A DNA stretch of 62,674 nucleotides, the filler included, from Nitrospirae bacterium CG2_30_53_67 (lineage in GTDB: Bacteria > CG2-30-53-67), in assembly GCA_001873285.1 (NCBI GenBank). It is 5 parts of 5 records of this genome, joined end to end, with 100 filler letters (N's around TTAATTAATTAA, not from the genome) between each part and the next. Parts side by side here need not be neighbours in the genome. Positions count along the whole stretch, not along the records: positions 29,155 to 41,229 come from MNYV01000028.1; 4 more parts are not named here. The stretch is one strand, 5' to 3'. Every line of letters starts with the position of its first letter. Position 1 is the first letter of the stretch. The position numbers and the translations under genes were made by a program. Under the pieces are notes generated by a model. It was not told where the DNA came from, did not search any database, and worked only from the letters and a program-made list of their open reading frames with translations. Shown here one piece after another: positions 29,259 to 38,062 of the stretch.

Positions 29259-30834
29259 GAGCCTGTTGCACAAATCCTTTTCAATGGAGTAAACATAGTG
29301 TAGTATAAGGGCCATTAAACAATGAAGGAGACCCCGATGGCCTACAATTTCATTGAATGCAACCGCGAACAGGTCTATTTTTTGCCGCCCAGCTTGCAGG
29401 AATGGCTGCCACCCGCAGACCTCGTCTGGCTCGTCCTCGATGCCGTCGAGGAGATGGACCTGAAAGCATTCTACCTGAAGTACCGCGAAGACGGCAAAGG
29501 CCAGGCAGCCTTCGAGCCGTCCATGATGGTGGCGTTACTTCTGTATGCTTACAGTCTGGGCATCCGGTCGTCCCGCGAAATCGAGCAGCTCTGCGAACGG
29601 GACATTGGGTTCAAGGTCATCGCCGCGAACCAGGTACCGGACCATACCACCCTCTGCCGGTTCCGGAAAGAAAACGGCAAGTCCATGGAAGGCCTATTCA
29701 TTGATGTGCTCAAGCGAAGCTCCGAAGCCGGGCTGATAAAAGTCGGCGTGGTGGCTCTGGATGGGAGCAAAATCAAGGCCAACGCCAGCCTTGAAGCCAA
29801 CCGCACCTACGAGCACATCGAGAACGAGGTCAAGAAGATGCTCGTCGAGGCCGAGTCGAAAGATACCGAAGAGGATCGGCTGTATGGAGCGGACAATCGC
29901 GGTGACGAACTTCCCATAGACCTTCAGGATCGCACGAGCCGGAAAGCCCGTCTTGCCGCATGCAAGAAGCGGCTCGAAGAGAAAGCCGCAGACGAGGCAG
30001 CGAAGCTACAGGCAAAGATCGAAAAGCGGCGGGCCCATCGAGCCGAGACCGGGACAAAGAAGCGCGGCAGAAAGCCCCAAGAACCCGATCCCGAGCCGGA
30101 AGCCTCAGCCAAGGCCAATGTCACGGACCCTGAGAGCCGGATCATGAAGACCCGGAGCGGTTATGTTCAGGGATACAACAGTCAGGCCGTGGTCACTGAA
30201 GACCAGATCATCATCGCATCGGAAGTAACGGATCAGGAAAACGACATCAACCAGCTTCACCCCATGGTCAAGAAGGCACAGGAGAATATGACCGAGATAG
30301 ACAAAGAGCAGAAAATTTCGACCGTATTATTGGACGCCGGGTATGTAAGCGAAGACAACCTTGCACACATCGATCCCGATGGACCCGAACATCTCATCGC
30401 GACCCAGAAAGACTGGAAGCAGCGACAGGCACTGAGTGATGCCCCTCCTCCCCGCGGCCGGATACCGAAAGACATGACGCTGAGGCAGCGGATGGAACGG
30501 AAGCTCCGGACCAAACGGGGACGGGAGTTGTATAAGAAACGCGGTCAGACCGTTGAGCCGGTCTTTGGGCAGATCAAAGACTGCCGCGGGATCAGAAAAT
30601 TCATGCGTCGGGGACTTGAGGCCTGCGCCCAGGAGTGGAAGCTCATCTGTGCGACGCACAATATCTTGAAGCTCTGGCGAAGCGGGAAGGGAATCGCCGC
30701 TCAGATGGCGACATAAGGAAGGGGAAAACCTGCCCCTTCTCCATCCCTTTGATGGTTCAAACCCGGAAGTAGCTTGCCGCTACTCTGGATGGGCTACGTT
30801 TAAACGGTAACACTAATATTCGTGCAACAGGCTC
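29259..30834 (+). mobile_element. IS1182-family insertion sequence
   Basis: 17-bp TIRs with one mismatch (GAGCCTGTTGCACAAAT / ATTCGTGCAACAGGCTC); flanks TAAT/TACT; encloses one transposase gene. Confidence 0.9.
29337..30716 (+). CDS. IS1182-family DDE transposase
   Basis: SSREIE..PDHTTLCRFR, ALDGSKIKANAS, TDPESRIM, GYN.Q, DAGY, R..TVEPVFGQIK. Confidence 0.93.
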   Translation: MAYNFIECNREQVYFLPPSLQEWLPPADLVWLVLDAVEEMDLKAFYLKYREDGKGQAAFEPSMMVALLLYAYSLGIRSSREIEQLCERDIGFKVIAANQVPDHTTLCRFRKENGKSMEGLFIDVLKRSSEAGLIKVGVVALDGSKIKANASLEANRTYEHIENEVKKMLVEAESKDTEEDRLYGADNRGDELPIDLQDRTSRKARLAACKKRLEEKAADEAAKLQAKIEKRRAHRAETGTKKRGRKPQEPDPEPEASAKANVTDPESRIMKTRSGYVQGYNSQAVVTEDQIIIASEVTDQENDINQLHPMVKKAQENMTEIDKEQKISTVLLDAGYVSEDNLAHIDPDGPEHLIATQKDWKQRQALSDAPPPRGRIPKDMTLRQRMERKLRTKRGRELYKKRGQTVEPVFGQIKDCRGIRKFMRRGLEACAQEWKLICATHNILKLWRSGKGIAAQMAT

Positions 30835-30948
30835 TACTGTGCATATCAATAAACATATCCGTCTTCTCTAAGGGAAATTAGGGATAGTTGTCCTTAATTT
30901 CCTCATTCAGAAATATAATGCTCTGGACTACCGCAGCCCCTGAAAAAA

Positions 30949-31097
30949 GGGTCTGCGACAAATTTATGGGTAAACATTTCTCTAAGAGCGTCATTCCCCG
31001 CCCCCCCGATCGGAGTCGGAGGGCAGGCCCGATCGGGGGACCGGACAATGGCAACCATAGATAATCCTGATAGTACCAACAAATTTGTCGCAGACCC
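30949..31097. mobile_element. MITE with 17-bp TIRs and 9-bp TSD CTGAAAAAA
   Basis: GGGTCTGCGACAAATTT ... AAATTTGTCGCAGACCC; TSD at 30940-30948 and 31098-31106; internal GTCATTCCCC REP-like unit. Confidence 0.85.
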
Positions 31098-31239
31098 CTG
31101 AAAAAAAAAGAGGGCTTGACACTCTGAAAGAAAAAAGTTTATTCTCTTAAAATTCATGTCTGCTATTCAGTTAAATGAAGGAATATCTCATGAAGGTTAA
31201 CGATCGTTTTCCAAAAAAAACCAAAGGGAGGTTGGTGAT

Positions 31240-32037
31240 ATGGATTGGGGTATAAAAAACCGTCTGAGCCGGTTGGTCCAGCCTGATGGGCACTGCTTTT
31301 TTCTGCCGATAGACCATGGATATTTCCAGGGGCCCACCACGTGTCTGGAGAAACCGGGGGAAACCATCAAGCCGCTTCTTCCTTATTGCGATGCCCTCTT
31401 TGTGACCCGGGGCGTGCTGCGGGCATCCGTGGAGCCCGTTGGAAGCAAACCCATCATTCTCAGGGTGTCCGGGGGTACGAGCATGGTCGGGAAGGACCTG
31501 GCCCATGAAGGGATCACGACCTCTATTGAAGAGATCATCCGCCTCAATGCCTCCGCCGTGGGCATTTCCGTCTTCGTCGGGAGTGATTACGAACATGAGA
31601 CCCTGATGAATCTTGCGAACCTTGTGAATGTCTGTGAGAATTACGGGATTCCGGTCATGGCCGTGACTGCCGTGGGCAAGGAGCTCTCCAAACGGGATGC
31701 GCGCTACCTCGGTTTGAGCTGCCGGATCGCCGCTGAATTGGGCGCCCGGATCGTGAAGACCTACTGGTGCAAGGACGGTTTCGACAAGGTGGTCAACGGC
31801 TGTCCGGTTCCGGTGGTCATGGCCGGCGGACCCAAATGTGAGACGGATCGGGAGGTGTTGGAATTCGTCCATGACGGCATGCAAAAGGGATCGATCGGCA
31901 TCAACCTCGGACGGAATATCTGGCAGGGCAGGCATCCCGTGCCCATGGCCAGGTCGCTGCAGGCCGTGGTTCACGAAAAGGCGACGGTGAGCCAGGCCTT
32001 TGAGATCTTCAACGAGATGAAAAACAAGCCGGCATGA
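31240..32037 (+). CDS. lsrF: LsrF-like class I aldolase/thiolase (DhnA family)
   Basis: MDWGIKNRLSR, DHGYFQGPT, RIAAELGA.IVKTY, AGGPK, GRNIWQ. Confidence 0.85.
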   Translation: MDWGIKNRLSRLVQPDGHCFFLPIDHGYFQGPTTCLEKPGETIKPLLPYCDALFVTRGVLRASVEPVGSKPIILRVSGGTSMVGKDLAHEGITTSIEEIIRLNASAVGISVFVGSDYEHETLMNLANLVNVCENYGIPVMAVTAVGKELSKRDARYLGLSCRIAAELGARIVKTYWCKDGFDKVVNGCPVPVVMAGGPKCETDREVLEFVHDGMQKGSIGINLGRNIWQGRHPVPMARSLQAVVHEKATVSQAFEIFNEMKNKPA

Positions 32038-32109
32038 TTCGTTCGGATGATTAAATAAGGGCAAGCCCCCGGCTTTGCCGGAGGGTGATGATTTGCCGAG
32101 GCAGGTCCT

Positions 32110-33141
32110 ATGCGCGTAGCCATGTATTACAACAACCGAGACGTTCGTCTGGAGGAGATGCCGAAGCCGGATATCGGCCCCGGTGAACTTCTGGTCAAGG
32201 TGATGGCCAGCGGGATCTGCGGCAGTGATGTCATGGAGTGGTACCGCATCAAGAAGGCGCCGATCGTTCTGGGACATGAAGCGGCCGGGGAGATTGTTGA
32301 AGCCGGGGACGGGGTGGACCGGTTCAGGGTGGGCGACAGGGTTTTTGCTTCTCATCATGTGCCTTGCAATACCTGCCGGTACTGTCTGAATAACGACCAT
32401 ACATCCTGCGACCTGCTGCATACCACAAACTTTTATCCCGGCGGTTTTGCTGAATATGTCCGTGTCCCGCCTGTCAATGTGGACCGAGGGACTTTTCTTC
32501 TGACGGAAGGGATGTCGTTTGAACAAGGGACGTTCATTGAACCTCTGGCCTGCGTGGTCCGTGGACAAAGATCGGCCGGGCTTCGACCCGGCCGGCATGT
32601 CCTCATTCTCGGCGGAGGGATTTCCGGGCTTCTCCATCTTCTTCTGGCGCGTGCCTCAGGAGCCGGCCGGATCGTTGTGACCGATATCAATGAATATCGT
32701 TTAAAGGCCGCAGCCGAACTCGGCGCCGACGTGGTTCTAAACGCGAATGAGGATCTGACGGTTCGTTTGTGCGAAGGGAAGGGGGGGAGGCTCGCGGACC
32801 TTGTCATCGTCTGTACCTCAGCCCTGCCGGCGTTTAAGCAGGCGCTGAAATGTGTTGACCGGGGAGGGACGATCCTATGTTTTGCGCCCACGGATCCGGG
32901 TGTGGATCTTCCCGTACCGGTTTACGCGTTCTGGCGCAGCAATATCAGGATGATTCATTCTTATGGAAGCAGTCCCCTGGACGCAGCCGTGGCGATTGAA
33001 TTGATTGCACGGGGCAGGGTTCCTGTGCAGAGGATGATTACGCACCGATTGAGCCTCGATGATGCAGGTTTGGGGTTCCGTCTTGTATCAGAAAGCAAGG
33101 ACTCCATCAAAGTCATTATCGAACCCCACAGATCCTCATAG
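32110..33141 (+). CDS. Zinc-dependent medium-chain dehydrogenase
   Basis: GICGSD, GHE, structural Cys CNTCRYC..C, Rossmann GGGISG. Confidence 0.9.
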   Translation: MRVAMYYNNRDVRLEEMPKPDIGPGELLVKVMASGICGSDVMEWYRIKKAPIVLGHEAAGEIVEAGDGVDRFRVGDRVFASHHVPCNTCRYCLNNDHTSCDLLHTTNFYPGGFAEYVRVPPVNVDRGTFLLTEGMSFEQGTFIEPLACVVRGQRSAGLRPGRHVLILGGGISGLLHLLLARASGAGRIVVTDINEYRLKAAAELGADVVLNANEDLTVRLCEGKGGRLADLVIVCTSALPAFKQALKCVDRGGTILCFAPTDPGVDLPVPVYAFWRSNIRMIHSYGSSPLDAAVAIELIARGRVPVQRMITHRLSLDDAGLGFRLVSESKDSIKVIIEPHRSS

Positions 33142-33156
33142 CCTCCGCTCATATAT

Positions 33157-33236
33157 TAAGGGTCTCGAAATAGAAACGACATCATATCGAAAATTCCTCC
33201 CCTCTACGAGCCGTCGGCCGATAAACCTATTCGAGA
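33157..33236. repeat. Repeat family C, partial copy
   Basis: TAAGGGTCTCGAAATAGAAACGACATCAT...CGATAAACCTATTCGAG. Confidence 0.65.
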
Positions 33237-33251
33237 ATATGAATAAATCCC

Positions 33252-34112
33252 TTACAGCAGGATCAACACCACACCTCCGACCATGAAGACGGCGCCGAGC
33301 ATCCGTTCGCGGATCCTTTCCTCGCGGAAGAAGATCCAGCCGAAGAGGATGGAAAAGAGGAGACTCGTCCGCTTGATGGAGATGACATAAGGGACCTCTG
33401 CAATGCTGAGAGCGGTGAACTGGGCGAAAATCATGATGGTTTGAAAGAGCCCGATGAGAAGGAAGATCCTCTTGCGCGTGAGAAGGGTCTTATAGGCCCC
33501 TTGGCTGACCACGCCCAGAAAGGGGAGGCTCACTGCGGCCAGGAGAGGGAAGTAGACGACCCCGAAAAATGCGGGGCTGGAATGCCGGATAGCCACCTTG
33601 CCGAGATTGGCCGTGAGGCTGTAGAGAAAGGCCACGATGATCATCTTTCGGGAGCCTTTCTCACGGAGGATGGCCCGGAACGGTTCCAGCCATCCCTTCC
33701 GAACAGTGTGCAGGTGGAGAAGGTACCCGCCTGCTGTGATCATGAGGATCCCTGCAATCCCGGATGCGTCCACCCGTTCTCCAAGGATCAGATACGATGT
33801 GACGATCAGAAAAACCGGGGTTAACGCCAGGAATGGGATGGTGAGAGAAAGGGGGGACTGCCGGAGCGCATGGGTATAGAGGAGAAGGGCGGTGATCTCC
33901 AGGGGAAGGAGGACCAGGATCACCCTGAAAAAGGCGGCGTCCAACGGCGGAATCCGGATCCAGAAAAGGCTCAGGGCCAGAAAGGGGATGCAATATCCCA
34001 GCCTCACCCATGCCACCACATAGGGGTCGCTTCGTCCCAGGGCCTTTTTGCTGAGGGCATCCACCACGGCCACTGCGAATGCGGATGCAAGGGAGAGAAA
34101 GAACCAGAGCAT
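33252..34112 (-). CDS. EamA/DMT-family transporter
   Basis: About 10 TM segments in two EamA repeats (PFLALTPVF..GE; IKRTSLLF..E). Confidence 0.88.
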   Translation of the reverse strand: MLWFFLSLASAFAVAVVDALSKKALGRSDPYVVAWVRLGYCIPFLALSLFWIRIPPLDAAFFRVILVLLPLEITALLLYTHALRQSPLSLTIPFLALTPVFLIVTSYLILGERVDASGIAGILMITAGGYLLHLHTVRKGWLEPFRAILREKGSRKMIIVAFLYSLTANLGKVAIRHSSPAFFGVVYFPLLAAVSLPFLGVVSQGAYKTLLTRKRIFLLIGLFQTIMIFAQFTALSIAEVPYVISIKRTSLLFSILFGWIFFREERIRERMLGAVFMVGGVVLILL

Positions 34113-34123
34113 GGCAGCCTGGA

Positions 34124-35200
34124 TTAACGGGTGAGCTTCCGGATGACCTTGGTTGCCGTCCCTTTGGCCCGGAAGTTGATGAGGAACTCCCTGGCGTTCA
34201 CATAGGCCTCTTGCTCGATGCTCTTCCGGTACTCGTCAGGTATGCTGTTGATCTCTTTTTTGAATACGGCGGTTGCGAGCTTGATATCCTTTTTTTCTTT
34301 CTCGCACCAGGCCTTGATGGCCTTGGACAGGTCGGGCGGAAGGTGCTTATGGGCAATGTTTTGCCATAGTGTGGCCACGTTCCCCTTGCGGACGCCGTGA
34401 TCCGCAAATTGACTGAGCAGGTGCACTGGGGTGCCGGTGATCCCATGCTGGGCAATGCCCACGTTCCATTTGGAGATGGCATCGAAGATCTCCCGGGTCC
34501 GTTTGAGATCGATGTGGACCTCTTCTCCGGGTTTGTAGTTCCCGTGCTTGGAGCCGTTGTTGATGGCAAGAAGATCCGGCGTGATGCCGTTGGCGGTGAT
34601 CCCTTCCATGAAATCCAATGCGTCTTTAACCGAGGTGATTCTCGCATCGATCCCGGTTCCGAGGATTTCACCCACCTCGGTCTCCAGCCCTGCGCCGGCC
34701 TCTCTGGCGATTCGGCCCAGTTCCGTGGAAATCTTCACGTTGTTCCCGGTTTCATTGAATGAGGCGTCCACGGCGATGGAGGTGTAGCCTGCCGCGAGCT
34801 CGGCCTCAATCAGGGCCCTCGAGTCCCCGACCACGTCCGGGGCCGGGCTTTTGGTGGTGACATGGTCTCCGTGGATAAAGAAGGGGAGGGTAAACCCCAT
34901 TTCCTCGGCATAGCCCACCACAGTCTCGAAATAGATGTCAGGGGTCATTCCGGTGTAACCTCCCTTGAGGTTCCCTTCGGATTTTGCCAGTTCAAAGGAG
35001 ATGACGGCATCCAATTCCCGGGCTGCCCTCATGATTCCGGGGATGACATGTTTGATCCTTGCGTTGTTTGCGATCACGATTACGCTCTCAGGTTTTAAAG
35101 CATTCAGGATATCCTTGGAACTCAGGAGACAAACCTTGCTTTTGCTTCCGAGTCTTTTTACGGCGTTCTCCGGTCTGAGATCGAGAATATTTTTGGACAT
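34124..35200 (-). CDS. Class II fructose-bisphosphate aldolase family protein
   Basis: HGDH, GYTSIAVDAS, ETEVGEI, NGSKHGNY, QHGITG. Confidence 0.88.
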   Translation of the reverse strand: MSKNILDLRPENAVKRLGSKSKVCLLSSKDILNALKPESVIVIANNARIKHVIPGIMRAARELDAVISFELAKSEGNLKGGYTGMTPDIYFETVVGYAEEMGFTLPFFIHGDHVTTKSPAPDVVGDSRALIEAELAAGYTSIAVDASFNETGNNVKISTELGRIAREAGAGLETEVGEILGTGIDARITSVKDALDFMEGITANGITPDLLAINNGSKHGNYKPGEEVHIDLKRTREIFDAISKWNVGIAQHGITGTPVHLLSQFADHGVRKGNVATLWQNIAHKHLPPDLSKAIKAWCEKEKKDIKLATAVFKKEINSIPDEYRKSIEQEAYVNAREFLINFRAKGTATKVIRKLTR

Positions 35201-35337
35201 GAGTTCCTCCTCTGATTTTGTGAAAACATAAGAATATCAGCATGTTATATCGGATATCCCGGCTTGTCAAGTGTAAAAACGAAAAAAGTCTTTTTATGGA
35301 GTGATGATAATAAAAAGATTAATTTGGCAAATTATTA

Positions 35338-35366
35338 TTGACATTTATAGTAAAAACATATAAATT
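35338..35366 (+). promoter_or_regulatory. sigma-70 promoter upstream of carD
   Basis: TTGACA-N17-TAAATT. Confidence 0.6.
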
Positions 35367-35428
35367 TGAATATCTTCCGGGGTACGTATCAGTTTGCTCT
35401 GTTGCGAATGAACATGTAGGAGTGAAAG

Positions 35429-35905
35429 ATGTACAAGATCGGCAATACCGTAGTCTATCCTTCCCACGGCTTGGGCATCATCGAGTCCATTGAAGAAAAA
35501 AATCTGATGGGAACGAAGCAGAAGTTCTATATTCTTAAGATTATGGAAAAGGGGACCCGAATCATGATCCCCTGTGACAATGCGGAGAAGGTGGGACTCA
35601 GAGAAGTCATCCCGTCAAACGATGTCAGAAAGGTCGTCAAGGTTCTGAAGGAAAAACCCAAGACTATTCTTCCGAACTGGAACAAACGGTATCGTGAGAG
35701 TGTGGAAAAGATAAAGTCCGGATCCATCTATGAAGTTGCAGCCGTATTCAGGAATTTGAGTCTCCTTTCCAAAGATAAAGAACTCTCCTTCGGCGAGAAA
35801 AAGATGCTGTGCGAAACCAAGCACCTCATCAGTTCAGAGATCTCACGGGCCAAGGGGATCACCGAACAACAGGCAGAGAAAATTTTAGATACGGCATTAA
35901 AATAG
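35429..35905 (+). CDS. carD: CarD/CdnL-family transcription factor
   Basis: VVYPSHGLG, VGLR, WNKRYR, ELSFGEKKM. Confidence 0.93.
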   Translation: MYKIGNTVVYPSHGLGIIESIEEKNLMGTKQKFYILKIMEKGTRIMIPCDNAEKVGLREVIPSNDVRKVVKVLKEKPKTILPNWNKRYRESVEKIKSGSIYEVAAVFRNLSLLSKDKELSFGEKKMLCETKHLISSEISRAKGITEQQAEKILDTALK

Positions 35906-35908
35906 ATC

Positions 35909-37093
35909 TTATTGCAGGTTTTTCAGTTTAGCTTTGGCCGTGACGTCGTCAGGCGAAAGGGCGAGGGCCTTTTCCCAGAATTTCCCCGCTTTTTCCTTTA
36001 ATCCGGACTGATAGTGGGCGTCTCCCAGAAGGAGATAGGCGGGAGCCATATCAGGGGCATATTCAACGGCGTTTTGAAGGTCCTGGATGGCCTCCCCATA
36101 GGATTCCCTGCTCAAAGCGGCCGCGCCCAAATGATAAAGCGCCTCAGCATTCTTTGGATTGATCTTCAGCGTTTCCCTCCAGGCCTCTTCCGCCTCCCGG
36201 GTATCACCCGAACGGTATAAGGCCGTACCCAAAGCGAGGTAAATCTCCTGGGTGCGGTAATCCATGAGAACGGCCTTTTTAAAGGACTCAACGGCTTCCG
36301 TATGACGGTTTGCCTCGATCTGGCGGTTTCCCAATTCATACAGGATGGCTCCATTCGCAGGTTCAATATCCAAGGCATGCGTAAGATCGTCGATGGATTG
36401 TGACATGCCCCCTTGTTCGGCATGGAGACGTGAGCGCAGCACATAGGTCCGGCTCCGGTTGGGAAAGAGAGAGACGGCTTGGTTCAGGGCATTTTCGGCC
36501 TGCTCGAAATTTCCGTTTTTAAGCAGTTCCTCACCTTGGACAAGGTGTTGGGAAAACCTTTTTTCCTTGGAAGGGATGTTCCTGCTCTTGGGCAGCGCCA
36601 TGAGACTGATAAACAGGCAGGCCATTATCGCTGCCATGAGAGGAATCCACCGGTTCCTGAAACGAGGACCGGCCTTGATCCTGTTGAACTGATTGAATAC
36701 AAAGGCCGAATCCGGTGAACTCTCGAACACGGACTTGGGCTTTGACCGATGTTTGAGGAACCGACCGGCATCTGCAATGATCTTGATCTTGCCTGATTTC
36801 TTGTCACTGCGATCTGCCGGAGTCAGAATGGGGTCCAAGTCTTTGATGTTCAGGCGCCCATTTTGTGCCTGCTCGACAGCTTTCCGGTGTTCGGTTTCCA
36901 ACCGCTCTTCAAGGGCTTTTGAGAAATCCTCACGTCCGGTCAGATCCCGGTAATAAGACCGCACTGAGTTGAGGATCCTGCCGCGGTAGTAAATCTGGGT
37001 CTGTAAATAGCCCATCTTGCCCCCCATGTCTTCTGTCTGGACATGGAAGGTCATCCCCTGATAGATCACATCCGTATTTAATCCGCTTTTCAT
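35909..37093 (-). CDS. TPR membrane protein with an N-terminal HVQTED domain
   Basis: GLNTDVIYQGMTFHVQTED domain, central TM, several TPR repeats. Confidence 0.75.
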   Translation of the reverse strand: MKSGLNTDVIYQGMTFHVQTEDMGGKMGYLQTQIYYRGRILNSVRSYYRDLTGREDFSKALEERLETEHRKAVEQAQNGRLNIKDLDPILTPADRSDKKSGKIKIIADAGRFLKHRSKPKSVFESSPDSAFVFNQFNRIKAGPRFRNRWIPLMAAIMACLFISLMALPKSRNIPSKEKRFSQHLVQGEELLKNGNFEQAENALNQAVSLFPNRSRTYVLRSRLHAEQGGMSQSIDDLTHALDIEPANGAILYELGNRQIEANRHTEAVESFKKAVLMDYRTQEIYLALGTALYRSGDTREAEEAWRETLKINPKNAEALYHLGAAALSRESYGEAIQDLQNAVEYAPDMAPAYLLLGDAHYQSGLKEKAGKFWEKALALSPDDVTAKAKLKNLQ

Positions 37094-37298
37094 GATGCCA
37101 GGCCTTTCAAGCCATATATGGCGGCCCAATGATCTCTTATCCCCAGTATAAATCATCATATGACACTTTATCAACAAGAAGTTAGGCATGCAGGAACAGA
37201 GATAGAAAATTGTTTTTGGGTTCCATGGTTTATCTTGACGGTATGCCATGAACGTGGTATATAAAAGATAGATCATTTTTTATATAAAGGCCTCTCGA

Positions 37299-37685
37299 AT
37301 GGTTCATGCCGCCCATCCGACCAAGAAGTCGATCCTGATCGTGGATGATGAGATTCATGTGCGCGAAGGCCTTTCCGAAATACTCCAGCAGGAAGGTTTT
37401 TATGTGGAGACTGCATCCGACGGGAAAGAGGCCATCTCCCTGTCTCTCAATAAGCGGTTTGATCTCATGATTTCCGACATCAAGATGCCGGAAATAGACG
37501 GGCTTCAGCTCCTGGATGAGATCCAGAAGGTCAACCCGCAGATTCGTGTCATCATGGTGACCGCTTTTGGTGACGTCCAGACCTACCTGAAGTCCATGCA
37601 GCTCGGCGCTCATGAGTATATCAACAAACCGATTCGGATCCAGGAACTCAAACGGGTGATCTCGACCATCATGGAACAGCCCTGA
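37299..37685 (+). CDS. Single-domain response regulator
   Basis: ILIVDDE, SDIKMP, VTAFG, YINKP. Confidence 0.92.
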   Translation: MVHAAHPTKKSILIVDDEIHVREGLSEILQQEGFYVETASDGKEAISLSLNKRFDLMISDIKMPEIDGLQLLDEIQKVNPQIRVIMVTAFGDVQTYLKSMQLGAHEYINKPIRIQELKRVISTIMEQP

Positions 37686-37732
37686 TTAGTGATTGAAGGA
37701 ACGGGATTTGGGTCATTGGGCATCTCTTTTTT

Positions 37733-37891
37733 GGTTCTTCTCCTCTACGAGCCATCGGCCATTTAGTGGGTAAAAAGGGTTTGAGGGTTCAAGGGTTCAA
37801 GTGAAATACTGAAACGTAAGCAAAATCTCCAGAGAAAAACACTGGAACCCTTGACCCCTGATGTTCTCACCCACTCTTTTGGAAATGATCC
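37733..37891 (-). mobile_element. MITE family A copy 5
   Basis: GGTTCTTCTCC ... GGAAATGATCC; flanks TCTTTTTT/TCTTTTCT (7/8 TSD). Confidence 0.8.
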
Positions 37892-38001
37892 TCTTTTCTA
37901 AAAGCCCTCGATTACACGCTACTTGCTTCCACAGACCATCCATCAGGAATTTCATCTATGACATCCACGCTCCATCTCTGTCAAAAAAATCCATTAAGAA
38001 C

Positions 38002-38030
38002 TTGACATTCGTCTCATCTCCCTTTAGATT
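38002..38030 (+). promoter_or_regulatory. sigma-70 promoter upstream of the amidase gene
   Basis: TTGACA-N17-TAGATT. Confidence 0.55.
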
Positions 38031-38062
38031 AAGCTGAAGTAAACCCATTTAAGATATGAATT

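Noticed and set aside
31171..32637. 488-aa minus-strand ORF
   Set aside because: Antisense shadow of lsrF and the dehydrogenase; no recognisable motifs.
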